DNA from: Octopus vulgaris
Lineage: Eukaryota
Direction: 5' to 3'
DNA: 64,000 nucleotides
Assembly (NCBI GenBank): GCA_951406725.2
Contig: OX597822.1
Coordinates: 76,508,001 to 76,572,000 of the forward strand
The notes beneath the pieces were generated by a model, which was not told the DNA's origin, ran no database searches, and saw only the letters and a list, made by a program, of their open reading frames with translations. Made by a program: the position numbers and the translations under genes. The number at the start of each line of letters is the position of its first letter. Position 1 is the first letter of the stretch. Of this stretch, positions 26,345 to 39,285 are shown piece by piece.

Positions 26345-26860
26345 ATATATGAAGCCCAGTATATCCATTGTGACTACCCGTCTGATGAGGGTACACCAGG
26401 CACATGCATCATAACCATATGTGTGTAACATGGTGATCTCATATCAAGATAAACAGCACATGACTTTGCAGATGGGGCCCCAGTTAGAATTTTCTTCATG
26501 TTGAGTAGCCCATTCCACTCAAAAGGTTCCTGAATATGGTTTGATTAAGGATAATGAACAAAACACCCATATTTCCAGAGGGGAATTATTCAAACCCCAA
26601 AGAATTCCTCTTAACATATGGCTATGATGCTTCCCCACTACTTCTGCTCAAGATCAGAAATGTACATATTGTCAGCCACTAAGGGATATGCTCAACTGGT
26701 TAAGGTCAAACAACTGAAAAACAAATCTGTGGTATTGAGTAGAATATTTGCTGTAGCCCATCTTTTATACCAAGACAAAACAATGTACATGATAACATTT
26801 GCAATCAGTTAAGATCAGAAGCCATGAGAGCCACTTCCTGGTACTGCATCAGGGCATTGC
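26345..26860. repeat. Interspersed repeat of unassigned class
   Basis: Higher-GC block between two TEs that I recall as a common octopus repeat; single copy here, so not verifiable from this window. Confidence 0.4.
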
Positions 26861-26899
26861 CTGTTACTGCTATTATTATTATCATTCTTTCCATAGATT

Positions 26900-27990
26900 G
26901 TCTCCTTGACAGAGCTGCAGTTCCTGGGTGTAGAAAAGACCAAGATTGGGTGCCTGGCACCTAGAATGTGGTCAGGTGCTCACAGCCCTCTACCAGTTGG
27001 GCTATTGGATCGGTAGATGTCCCGCTTTAGAAATTTATAGAGGATTAGTGGCGGGGAAGTGTGACAATGTTCTCAGGGAGACTCTGGGTGCTGATGAAAA
27101 TGAACTGGCTTGTCTGTTCCAGAAGTCTTTCTGCTTGGGAACTATCATAGATAATTTCCAGATGTCTTTGGCCTGGCAGTGCTACCAGTGGGGGCGAGGG
27201 GCGCTACCGGTTCGAGACAAGCACTACAGGCACAGATGTGCTGTCAGACAGACTTGTCTGAGGTGCACACACAGTGACCAAACCATTCTGCATGACCTCA
27301 TTCAGTGTCTGGGCATTGCTGACTTGTGGAGTTATGCTGAATGGCTGCTGTCATGTGTAGAACAGATCCATCTGTTGGTCAAATCTGTAGTGAAGATTGC
27401 ACCACCGCCCTCCATTAATCGGGCAGGCAAGGCAATTTTCCTTTGCCTGGTGGCTGTGATGAAGGAGATTGTTTGGTGGACAAGGCTGAAAGGCATGAGG
27501 ACAGATACATTCCTCTTTGGTAGAGCTCTCATTGACTTCTTCAAGTTCCACTTGAAAAGGAAATTGAGAATGGAGAGGGAAGTGCTGTCCTTGAGTGAGA
27601 TTACTGCATGGTGGATGAAAGTTGCGAAAATGGTAAGAGTGGCTGGTACCTCTCTAAGTGTAGAACTGTGATTCGAAGAGAAAGAATTGGTGAGGGCACT
27701 TGTTCATGGCGTTTCAGGGAAATCTTGGACTGTGAGGTTCCTCGATTATCCCTAGAGGCCTTTCTGTATCAGGAGGGCCACATCACTGTCATCCTCACCA
27801 TCACCTTTCTTTTTTTTACCTTCGTATGATATGCATGTCTTTTTCTCCTGTGTATACTGTGTATACGTTTTATTTTATTTATCATTTCATTATTATATGT
27901 AAACCCTCACACTTTATGTCTGTCTCTGTATTGCCCCCCCCTCATCCTTCACCCTTGTGGCAAATAAATGAAATTATTATTATTATTATT
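26900..27990 (+). mobile_element. L1/Tx1-clade LINE 3' fragment (ORF2 C-terminal zinc-binding region, 3' UTR, AATAAA and (ATT)n tail)
   Basis: ORF 26946-27671 contains AWQ...GALPVRD...CLRC...QTILHDLIQC (zf-RVT-like CCHC) and KEIVWWTR. Confidence 0.8.
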
Positions 27991-28559
27991 ATCTTGTGTG
28001 AGGTCATTGCCAGTGCCGCTGGACTGGCTCCTGTGCAGGTGGCACATAAAAAAAACCATTAAAGCATGGCTGTTACCAGTACCGCCTGACTGGCCCTCGT
28101 GCCGGTGGCACGTAAAAGCACCCACTACACTCTTGGAGTGGTTGGCGTTAGGAAGAGCATCCAGCTGTAAAAACTCTGCCAGATCAAGATTTGAGCCTGG
28201 TGCAGCCATCTGGTTCGCCAGTCCTAAGTCAAATCGTCTAACCCATGCTAGCATGGAAAGCAGATGTTAAACAATGATGATGATTATCATTATTATTATT
28301 ATTATTCTTTTGGTTGGCATTCTATAAGACTGTTTCGTCGCATGACATCTCCAGTTGAGGAAGACATTTTTTTTTTCTGCTTTCTAGCTTTGTGATTAAG
28401 AACTACCTGGCTCCTACCAAGCTTCGGTAGTATTCATCCAAACGGTCATACAGCCAAACCAAAAATAACCTTTGCCTTTTCATTTGACTCTGGCAAACAT
28501 TTAATGTGAGGAAAGCACAAAAAAAAAGTAGCAGCAGAGGACATCATACATGACACAAT

Positions 28560-28840
28560 TACCACCACCACCACCACCACCGCCACTGCTACTACTACTA
28601 CCACCACCACCACAACTACTACAACTGCTGCTTCTACCGCCACCTCTACTACTACTACTACTACCACTACTATCACTACTGCCACTACTACAACCACCAA
28701 CACTTCTACTACTACTACCATCACTGCCACTACTACTACTACTACCACTACCACCACCATCACCTCTACTACTACTACAACTACTACTACTACCACCTCC
28801 ACCACAGCCACCTCTACTACCACTACTACCATCACTACTA
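28560..28840. repeat. (CAC/CTA)n trinucleotide microsatellite
   Basis: Direct inspection. Confidence 0.95.
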
Positions 28841-29360
28841 CATATAAGCTACTTTTTAGTGTCCCTTGATCAAATACTATTCGTCAGTATGCAACTAAAC
28901 TTAATCTGCCTGCACTAATCTTTCGATGCAGTGGATTAGGTTAATATATTGCAAAGAAAGATTACAAACCCCAGTTTAACAAGAGAATGCAATCAAAATA
29001 GAAGAAAAAGGTCTTAGGGATAAATATAACAACACAATGAAAACTTAGAATGGAAAAAAAAACTAAAAGGAAGAAGAAAGAAAATGGAAAACAGAAAATG
29101 GACACTGAATCTAAAATGATATGACATTCCAATAACGAAGCAAAATATAGAGATCTTGATTGTAATCTATCATGTCTTGAATAGATTATGTATGCACAAG
29201 CAAACACATACATGCATGGACACATATGTATACGCATGCATTCGCACAAGCAGCTACATTGATGTTCGCATGAGAACAGGTGCATAGGTATAAATGTAAT
29301 TATAAATATGGTGGTACTTGTATGGAAATTCTCACAGAAGTAGTGTAGACATACAGACAG

Positions 29361-29392
<32 letters not shown>

Positions 29393-29444
29393 GTCAAAAA
29401 ATCAAAAGCTAATCAAGACTGAAATGAAAATGGAAATTGTAGTT

Positions 29445-29770
29445 GTGACCGATGCCAGTGCCACCTGACTGGCACCCGTGCTGGTGGCACATAATAAGTG
29501 CCATTCAAGCGTGGGTTGATACCAGTGCAGCATGACTCTCACCTGTGCTGGTGGCACGTAATAAGCACCATTCGAGCATGGATCAATACCAGTGCCGCCT
29601 GACTGGCACCTGTGCTGGTGGCATGTAATAAGCTCCATTTAAGCATGGGTTGATGCCAGCCCCCCGCTCCCACGACTGGCTCCTGTGCCAGTGGTTTGAA
29701 AAAGCACCATTTCAGCATGGTCGATGCCAGTCCCCCCTCCAACTGGCTCCTGTGCTGTTGGCATGTAAAA
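29445..29770 (+). repeat. Five tandem ~67-bp units from the family C internal repeat
   Basis: Unit GATGCCAGTGCCGCCTGACTGGCACCnGTGCTGGTGGCACGTAAnAAGCACCATTnnAGC; the same unit occurs twice at 28000-28125. Confidence 0.85.
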
Positions 29771-29933
29771 AGCTTTGAGGGGTTTTAGTCAAGCAAATTG
29801 ACCCCAGGACTTTCTTTCTAAACCCAGTACTTATTGTATCAATCTCTTTTGCTGAAATCTTTATCAAGGTCTATATACATATAAACATACAGATACACAT
29901 GAATATATATAAAGATATACATATAGATACATA

Positions 29934-30341
29934 GGCGTAGGAGTGGCTGTGTGGTAAGTAGCTTGCTTACCAACCACATGGCTCCGGGTTCAGTCCCACT
30001 GCGTGGCACCTTGGGCAAGTGTCTTCTACTATAGCCTCAGATCGACCAAAGCCTTGTGAGTGGATTTGATAGATGGAAACTGAAAGAAGCCCGTCGTATA
30101 TATGTATATATATGTATGTGTGTGTATATGTTTGTGTGTCTGTTTCTCCCCACCCCACTATTACTTGACAACTGATGTTGGTGTGTTTACGTCCTTGTAA
30201 CTAAGCAGTTTGGCAAAAGAGACCGATAGAATAAATACTAGACTTACAAAGAATAAGTTTTGGGATCGATTTGCTTGACTAAAGGCAGTGCTCCAGCATG
30301 GCCACAGCCAAATGACTGCAACAAGTAAAAGAGTAAAAGAA
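29934..30341 (+). mobile_element. Full-length tRNA-derived SINE family A, followed by a tandem duplicate of its 3' half (about 30360-30570)
   Basis: A-box-like TGGCTGTGTGG, B-box-like GGTTCAGTCCC, internal microsatellite slot and (GTAAAAGA)n tail. Confidence 0.9.
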
Positions 30342-30781
30342 AAATAAATATATATCTATGTATGTTTGTGGCTGTGTTTCTCCCCACCCCACTATTACTT
30401 GACAACTGATGTCGGTGTGTTTATGTCCTTGTAACTAAGCAGTTTGGCAAAAGAGCACCATAGAATAAGCACTAGGTTTACAAAGAATAAATCCTGAGGT
30501 TGATTTGTCTGACAAAAGGTGGAGCTCCAGCATGGCCACAGTCAAAAGACTGAAACAAGTAAAAAACAAAGGATATAAATGAGCAACTCTGCAATGACTG
30601 AGTGTCTTTTCCTGGGAAAATGTGATCCCATTCAGTTGATGAGACTTAGGGCTCAAGACAGATCCACTACCTACCAATTCATCTAAGGGGTGAGTAACTC
30701 CATATAAGAATTAATGTGATAAAGAGTACCTTTTGGTCCGTCTGCAAAGGTGGTAGCATAGCTGTCCACTCTAGGTGATAC

Positions 30782-31008
30782 TTAACCCTTTAGTATTTAA
30801 ACTGGCCATATCCGGCCAAAATAGTTAATCTGTTTTATGTTCAAACTGACCAGATCCAAGCTCTCACACCTACCCTACAATGTTATTCTACATTAGGTAA
30901 TTACACCATCAAGATCTTGAAGCTATGAGATAATGCATGATTAAATCAAATCAATGGGAATCAATAGGCATTATGTTTGATTGAATAATCTGAACACTAA
31001 AGGGTTAA
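30782..31008. mobile_element. TTAA-type (piggyBac-like) MITE
   Basis: TTAA-CCCTTTAGT ... ACTAAAGGG-TTAA. Confidence 0.85.
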
Positions 31009-31346
31009 AGAAGGGCAGCACTTTTGGGTTTCGGTATAAGCTTGTATAGGCTTGTGGGACCTCAAGGGTAGGAATGGAGTAAAATTAAGAGCTGTCCTCA
31101 ACAACACACGCTTTAACTATACCACTGTGCAAAATGATGGTTTCTCAGTGCTAATGGCATGATAAATTATACACAATATTCTCTGTTAGACAGACAACAG
31201 TAAAATTGTCCAGGTTTTCACTGTTATTTCAACTGCCATGACATAACCAATCCATAATGGAAAAGAAAAAAGACAAATCTAAAAAGATATTAATGATAAT
31301 AAGTATGTAGATGTCTTTGTACATAGATGCAAATGCAAAAGACAAA

Positions 31347-31402
<56 letters not shown>

Positions 31403-31907
31403 TAGATAGATTTTTGTTCACGGGAAGTATAACTATACACAAGTATATATAAACAGTTATATTTTCATGTCAGATTGAAAGTGTATATGAAGGAGAAAGA
31501 ATCCACTTACAGAACTAATATAAATGGAATCAGGCATCTGTCTGAATAACAGCAACAACAATAACAAACATTTCTCTCTAATTAAGTCCAAGAGTTTGCT
31601 ATTCTAAATGGTTCTTGACACTCGCACAACACACACACTCACACAATTGTCAAGCTTATCTTTTGTAGACATTACTTCCATCATATTCTCTCTTTCTATA
31701 AACACTTAACGAATGCTGTTGATGATGACAACAATGATGATGATATTGTTGTTGGTTGTGGTGGTGGTGGTGGTGGTCATTTGTGATGGATTTCTTTTTT
31801 ATTCATTGATGCTGCTGTTGTCGTTGTTGGTTAATCCAAGATAAAATATGATGGAGCAGAGTTATGGTGAAAAGTGCTCAACACCCAACGATGCTAACTT
31901 TTATGGT

Positions 31908-32005
<98 letters not shown>

Positions 32006-32040
32006 AGAACAAGATGTACGTTATGCCGCAATAATATATG

Positions 32041-32263
32041 TATAAAAAATATATATAAACATACAAAATGGGACAAGAACGCAAAACACTCAAATAGACG
32101 ACACAAAAAACAGACGGGTCATTCGAAGCCTCTAATCTTCAGTCAAGAACCTGATCATCCTCGCTTGACTGAAGATTAGAGGCTTCGAATGACCCGTTCG
32201 TTTTTTTGTGTCGTCTATTTGAGTGTTTTGCATTCTTGTCCCATTTTGTATTTTTATATATAT

Positions 32264-32272
<9 letters not shown>
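32041..32272. repeat. Near-perfect fold-back with ~107-bp arms and a 16-nt spacer
   Basis: 32041-32147 versus 32164-32272; each arm carries CTGAAGA...TTCGAATGACCCGT pointing outward. Confidence 0.9.
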
Positions 32273-32329
<57 letters not shown>

Positions 32330-34460
32330 AAATATATGCATATGTGAGCACAAGACGTCACAAAATGTGTACAACAAAAAATACGAAGCATGAGTACATG
32401 GAACATGAACTATTTCGAACAACGAAAGACACAAATGGAAAACAAAAGAAACAACATAAAGAAAGACCCTTCATCAGTTGTTGGCTGCTTTTCTAGTCTC
32501 GTATTCCAAGCATTTAACAACAATTTACACTTCCGATAAAACAGTTGCTCCTGCAAAGCAAATTTAATAAATATTTCTAATTTTACGGATGGGCTTCTTT
32601 CAGCTTTCATTTACCAAATCTACTCACAAGGTTTTGGTTGGCCCTAGGCTATAATAGAAGACACTTGCCCAAAGTGCCACGCAGTGGGACTGAATCTGGA
32701 ATCATGTGGTTGGTAAGCAATCTACTTACCACACAGCCACTCCTATGCCTATACATAGTACATATTAGTCAATATATCTTCTCCGAAACTATACAGCACA
32801 CACACATGTATGTCTCATAGAATACTCCATCATACATAGTACCTATTATTCGATATATCATCTACTAAACTATACAACACAAACTATACACACATACACA
32901 ACACACATTATGAACTGCAATATCAACCGACAAAATATTATAAACCAACCAGTGAACAGAAAAATGAACTCACAAAATGAAGGATTATAAAACTCTGTGA
33001 TGGATGGATTGACTTAAAATAAAATAATCAACATGGATAAAATATAATAAATAAATATATGAATATATAAATAAAGAAATAAAGTCAACAATGGAAATAC
33101 ATAAAATATGAACAAAAAATACTAAAAAACAAAATAACCTAAAAAAAATACTAAAAGAAAAAGAAGAAGAGTTTGATGGTTGGAGGAGATAGATCGATGG
33201 TTTGTTTGGCTTGAGATGGTCTATATTTATGGTTAGCATCAATAGATAGCAATGAGCTCTGTGCAGAATATAGAAAATGATGCTAGCACTTCATTTGATT
33301 TTGACACACTGGTCTGTTGTGCTTCGGCTTTCTTCCTCTTTTTCTTCTTCTCCTTTTTCTTCTTGGTCTTCTCTATCACCCTGTATTTCTCTACTCTTAT
33401 TTTTGTTTTTCCTTTTCATTTTCTCTTTGTCTCTACCTCTCTTTCTCTCTCTCTCTCTCTTTCTCTCTCCATCCAGCTTTTCAGTCAAATCAGCAGTGAT
33501 TTATAGGAACAGTATTACAAATAGCGTGGTAGTGGTGGTATTGGCGGCGGTGGTGGTGGTGGTAGGAGTGGTGTAGCTAGTGTGTTAGTGTATTGCTCTG
33601 GTCATTCTATTTGTAATATGGTTGAGTGTATAATAGAGATTTTGGTATTAATACAAAACAGCGAAGACAAATAGCAACAACAACAATAACAACACCAACA
33701 GTGATGAGCCAACAAGAGAGCCTCTACATCCAAATGGCTCTTAGAGGTCCACATAAGATTTTGTCATTGAAATTTATGTGCAATAAGTTGGTTATATTTT
33801 TACAATAAACAAATATTTTAATTTTTTTATACAAGCGACCAAAGCCTTGTGAGTGGATTTGGTAGACAGAAACTGAAAGAAGCCTGTTGTATATATGTAT
33901 ATGTGTATATATGTGTGTGTGTGTTTGTCCCCTCAACATTGCTTGACAACCGGTGCTGGTGTGTTTTCGTCCCTGGCAAAAAAGACCAATAGAATAAGTA
34001 CTAGGCTTACAAAGAATAAGTCCTGGGGTCGATTTACTCGACTGACGGCAGTGCTCTAGCATGGCCACAGTCAAATGACTGAAACAAGTAAAAGAGTAAA
34101 AGAAAAAAAAGAGAATTCCTAATAATATTTAATTGTAAAAAATATTTTTTTACTTGTTTCAGTCATTTGACTGTGGCCATGATGGAACACCACCTTTTAG
34201 TCAAACAAATTAATCCCAGGACTTATTCTTTGTAAGCCTAATACTCATTCTATCAGTCCCTTTTGCTGGGCCGCTAAGTTACGGAGGCATAAACACACCA
34301 ACATCGCTTGACAAGGGGACAAACACAGACGCACAAATACATCCAGCCATCCATACATATATATACATCCATCCATCCATACATATATATATATATATAT
34401 ATATTACAAAGATGTACTTGCATACCAAGTGACCTAATCTGAGATTGTGTGCTGGAACGA

Positions 34461-34671
34461 AAACAGTTGTAGCATGGAAGGTGTTTATAAGCCATTTAAG
34501 AAACATATAAAAATTGCTTGAGTCACTTCCATGGAAATCTGTCGGTGACCAGGTCACGGTTTCAAAGCGACAAAAATATTTTGACAAATTAAATTTAAAT
34601 GTTGAAGTGAATCTAACGATTTTTGTGTGTTTCTTAAATGGCTTATAAACACCTTCCATGCTACAATTGTT

Positions 34672-34673
<2 letters not shown>
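34461..34673. repeat. Inverted-repeat element with ~55-bp arms
   Basis: AAACAGTTGTAGCATGGAAGGTGTTTATAAGCCATTTAAGAAAC and its reverse complement at about 34630-34673. Confidence 0.85.
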
Positions 34674-34759
<86 letters not shown>

Positions 34760-36574
34760 GTATCCAGCTGTAGAAACCTTGCCGGATCAGATTGGAACCT
34801 GGTACAGCCTTCTGGCTTGCCAGTTCTCAGTCAAACTGTCCAACCCATGCCAGCATGGAAAGCAGACGTTAAACAACAACGATAATGATGATGATAAAGA
34901 TATATATATATATATATATATATACGACAGGCGTCTTTCAGTTTCCATCTACCTAATCCACTCACAAGGCTTTGGTTGGCCCTAGCTTATAGTAGAAGAC
35001 ACTTGCCTAAGGTGCCACACTGTGGAACTGAACCTGGAATGATGTGGCTGGGAAGCAAGCTTCTTACCACACAGCCACTCCTGCACCTATAAAAGGATGT
35101 TTTAAGCATCAAATGGCTATGACGGTCCATTTGAGTGAAAAAGGCCCCTTGGGTAAAAAAAATCATTGAGAAACATTGCCCTACATGGTTGCTAAACCAG
35201 CTAGAAATAACAACTAAATTTCCCTTAAATCAAACCCTTTTCCTTCTTGAGCACAAGGAGATGTGAGTCTGATTACCCAGATTCCATTGCATACTAGTGA
35301 CTGGATTCATGACATTCTCCCTAAACATGATGTCAGTCCATTGCAGGGTTAAGGGCCACCAATTTTGAGAGAAGGGGGCAAATCAGTTATATCAGCCTCA
35401 GGACTTGCTTTAGCTCTGGCTTTAAGCCCTCCTTTGCTGCATTGAGCAGTAAATCCAATTTTTGTTATGGCTTTAGCACTCAAAGTAGGGTTTTTTGGGG
35501 CCCCAACTTACTTTTTGCTTTTCATTAGTGCCCATCATTAATAGCATTTGTTTGCCACATTCCTCTGCATTCTTTTATTCTTTTGTTCTCTTATTCTTTT
35601 TATTGAGTCAGCCATTAGATTGTGGCCATGCTGGGGCACTGCCTTCAAGTATCTTTAGTCAAATAGATCAACCCCAGTACTGGTGGTTTAGATGATGCTG
35701 GTTGAGTTGATGATGATGATGCTGGTGGTGGTGGTGGTGGTGGTGACGATGATGATGGTGGTTTTGCAACTGTAACAGAGTAAACCTTGCTGAAGGAACC
35801 CAAGGATCACACAGCTGTATTAAACTAGGAGAGCCTACCTAACCCTACTATTTAAAAGGTCTCAGTGTCACTAAGACTGCCATAATAGATCTACAACAGT
35901 AACTCTCAACCATATTCTGCCTATGAACCCTTTTGTTTACTATTTCAATCTGGTGGACCCCTAACAGTCATTCAATATTTAAAAACTCATTTTATGGACA
36001 CTTTTTCTCAAATTCTTCTTTTGCTTTTCACCCATTAACTTGTATATGTTGAACTATGGATAACGTTAGACAAAGAAACCTAGCTATTTCTTGCCATAAA
36101 TAGACTAAGGCAAAATTTTCTTCATGGGCCCTTAAAATACTATTGTAGGGGCCTAATTTACTATCTTGCTGGCATGAACTCCCAAAAGTTTTATATGGAC
36201 CCCCAGTGGGGGGGGGGGGTCATACTGACCCCAGTTAAGTACCATTGATTTAGAAAAATGCTCATTACCCATATTTTCCACACTCACCTACACCAAGGGA
36301 AATATATTATATACAGACAAGAGTCATGGTTCATAAACTTGGGAACCATTCAAGTATGCAATGATTGAAATTTATGTCAGTAATCTGGTCAGTCTAATGC
36401 AATAATTTATTGCTAATTAGTATAATCCAACCTAAAATATGCATTGATAGCAAATAAATACTATTAATTACTACATCACCGTTTCTAATTAAACTCTCAG
36501 TTAATTGGCACAAAATATAGCTATGTACCTACCTACCTACCTACATATGTACATACATTCAGACTGACAGACAC

Positions 36575-37095
36575 ACAGACAGAGAAGAGAAACTGCATAA
36601 TTGTGGAAATTAGCTGAATATTATTGAAAAAGAGAATACCTATGCTAAACTATTGAGGAATCTGCAGTTACTCTATCCAGATTACAAGTTCAGATTTATA
36701 CCTGTAATTATTGGGGCCCTAGGATATGTAACACACTGCCTAAATACCAATCTTGAGAAATTAGGCTTCTCAAGACTAGAAAGGAGAAAGCTGATTCGAA
36801 GACTACGGATCCAATCCATCACTGGAACTGTGGAAATATGTAAAACTTTCCAGAAGTTTATCATTTAAATATATATTTGCATGTCTAGACATGCAACTAT
36901 ATGCATGAGAATACATACATAAAGCAAAACATACAAATCTGCACATACATACATACAAATCTGCACATATACATACATACAAACAAAAATACCCTGTTGT
37001 TGATGTTTAAATTCCAATGAAGGAGCCTTGGATCTAGGTTAGAAACCGGCTCTTTCTCTATTGGTAAGAAATCTTGAAATAAAATTGAATAATCA
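36575..37095 (+). mobile_element. Restriction-like-endonuclease LINE 3' end with structured 3' UTR
   Basis: CIIVEIS...EKENTYAKLLRNLQLLYPDYKFRFIPVIIGALG...CKTFQKFII*. The 3' UTR has a CCAAT..GAGCC/GGCTC..ATTGG hairpin, and the same tail occurs alone at 17950-18045. Confidence 0.8.
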
Positions 37096-37189
37096 CATAC
37101 ATACATACATGCATACAGTTGACTCTCTGGAGACCAATGAGTTGAAAGTATATTAGTGGAACTTAAAATTTGAAACATCCACCAAATTA

Positions 37190-37470
37190 AAACACCATCA
37201 GCCAGAAATTTGTTGTGTGAAACCACATACAATACATCTAAAAAGAATGCTCTCTCATTGAAAACAGCTGCTCTCTGGACACCAGTATGGTAAGAAAAAT
37301 ACAGGAGAAAGAAAACGTGTGTAGACCATTGATAAAGAATTTGCAAACTCATTCAGTGCCCAAGACACGTTTTCAGTTCCATACTTATCATTATTGGAGC
37401 AACATGATGTGTACCAACCTGCCTGGTACAAAATGTGGCTGAATTTGTGTTCTTTGAGAGAGAATGGGGT
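37190..37470 (+). mobile_element. Older RLE-LINE fragment related to 36575-36868
   Basis: IQEKENVCRPLIKNLQ / ILIIIGAT in shifted frames. Confidence 0.55.
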
Positions 37471-37494
37471 GTCCACATTATTCTGTAAGGAGCA

Positions 37495-37712
37495 TCGGGG
37501 TCGTTTCCCTGTCTCTCTGGCATATATATTCCTTCTTGCAGGGGATACCAGTCTGTTAGAGGATTACTTATTTTTACCAGCTGAGCAAACTGGAGAAAAG
37601 TGATGTGAAGTGTTTTGCTCAAGAACACAATGCATCACCTGCTCCAGGATTTGAAATCACAGTCTTATAATCATGAGCCCAACATCTTAGCCACTAAGCC
37701 ATGCCTCTCCAC
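37495..37712 (-). mobile_element. Another tRNA-derived SINE (family E)
   Basis: Minus strand reads GGAGAGGCATGGCTTAGTGGCTAAG...TTTCAAATCC...TTGAGCAAAACACTT; a related head lies at 48533-48610 (+). Confidence 0.65.
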
Positions 37713-37717
37713 TTCAG

Positions 37718-38120
37718 GGTGAGTGGCAGTGTGGTAAGTAGCTTGCTTACTAGCCTCATGGTTCCGGGTTCAGTCCCACTACGTAGCACCTTGGGCAAGT
37801 GTCTTCTATAGCCTCGGGCCAACCAAAGCCTTGTGAGTTGATTTGGTAGAGGGAAACTGAAAGAAGCCTGTCATATATATATATATATATGTATGTATGT
37901 AAGCATGTATTTGTGAGTCTGTGTTTGTCCCCCCATCATTGCTTGACAACCAATGATGGTGTGTTTACGTCCCTGTAACTTAGCAGTTTGTCAAAAGAGA
38001 GTCTGATAGAATAAGTACTAGGCTCACAAAGAATAAGTCCTGGGGTCGATTTGTTTCACTAAAGGTGGTGCTCCAGCGTGGCCAGAGTCAAATGACTGAA
38101 ACAAGTAAAAGAATAGAAGA
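37718..38120 (+). mobile_element. Full-length SINE family A
   Basis: Head, internal microsatellite and tail as at 29934. Confidence 0.9.
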
Positions 38121-38987
38121 ATACTACAAATGACCATGATCTGTGGTTCCATAAAACTCTGCAAGACCTTCATAAGATGAACAAAAGATGCTTTCTTTCC
38201 AGAACCTTGCTACCAAACAGGTGGCCAGTTGTAATTAACTCTAAATTAAAGGAGAAAAGAAAAGAAAAAGCATGCATACACATACAGATACAAACAGAGA
38301 AGGCTTGAAAATAACAATCTAATAGAGGAAGTCAGACTCTAAGTTGGGTTTCTTTCCCATGGGAGTGAGGCTATTAAGTAGAAACTGTATCCATTTTGTT
38401 TGCTATTAATTGACACTTAAACCTTTTGAGTGGAGAACAAACTGACAGCTGTACATTGAAGTGTATCCATCCATTCAAACTGTTCCCAATCTGTCCATTC
38501 AATTATCTACCTACTGTGTATATTCTGTCCAATCAACGTCTGCCTGTGTCTAGTTAACATCCACACACTCTATGTCTATGCAGTCAGCATCTACACCTCA
38601 TATCTATACAGTCAGCATCTATTCTTTTACTTGTTTCAGTTATTTGACTGCGGCCATGCTGGAGCACCGCCTTTGGTTGAGCAAATTGACTTATTCTTTG
38701 CAAGCCTAGTACTTACTCTATAGGCCTCTTTTGCTGAACTGCTAAGTTACAGGGGACATAAACACACCAGCATCGGTTGTCAAGCGATGTTGAGTGGGAG
38801 ACAAACACAGACACAAACATATACACATATGTACACACACACACATATTAATAAATCTTAGGGTAGCAAAAAAATTTTAGAAAATTTCTTTGCTACCAGT
38901 GGCCTAGTGAGAAGGAAAAATTATTCAATAGACTATATATTATTCATGTAAAAATACAGAACATTTTATATATATATATATATATAT

Positions 38988-39285
38988 CACCGTGACCGAC
39001 TCAGGTCACAGGTTGCTGAACATTGCTGGTCACAATGCTCTTCGCATTGTTTTAGCCTTCAAATGATGCCACCCCGCTGGCTAGGCGAGTAGGCCAACAG
39101 AAGAAAGAGTGAGAGAAAGTTGTAGTGAAAGAGTACAGCAGGGACCACCACCATCCCCTGCCGGAGCCTCGTGGAGCTTTAGGTGTTTTCGCTCAATAAA
39201 CACTCACAACACCCGGTCTGGGAAACGAAACCGCGATCCTATGACCGCGAGTCCGCTGCCCTAACCACTGGGCCATTGCACCTCC
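38988..39285 (-). mobile_element. tRNA-derived SINE family D nested in the microsatellite slot of a minus-strand SINE A (38625-39422)
   Basis: Minus strand head GGAGGTGCAATGGCCCAGTGGTTAGGGCAGCGGACTCGCGG...GGTTTCGTTTCC; CpG-rich, so likely young. Confidence 0.8.

Noticed and set aside
26383-26420. CTGATGA as a hammerhead core (also 4196-4203 minus, 11002, and 32470 minus)
   Set aside because: No correctly placed GAAA/NUH with supporting stems was found.
26946-27671. 241-aa ORF as a host gene
   Set aside because: It is the C-terminal part of an L1/Tx1 ORF2, 5'-truncated and followed by a LINE-type tail.
29445-29770. CRISPR-like regularly spaced palindromic repeats
   Set aside because: The units are contiguous with no unique spacers, belong to a dispersed retroposon, and there are no cas genes in this eukaryotic DNA.
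29934-30005. tRNA genes at SINE heads (also 39215-39285 and 56772-56862)
   Set aside because: A/B boxes are present but there is no complete cloverleaf, and each head continues into a SINE body.
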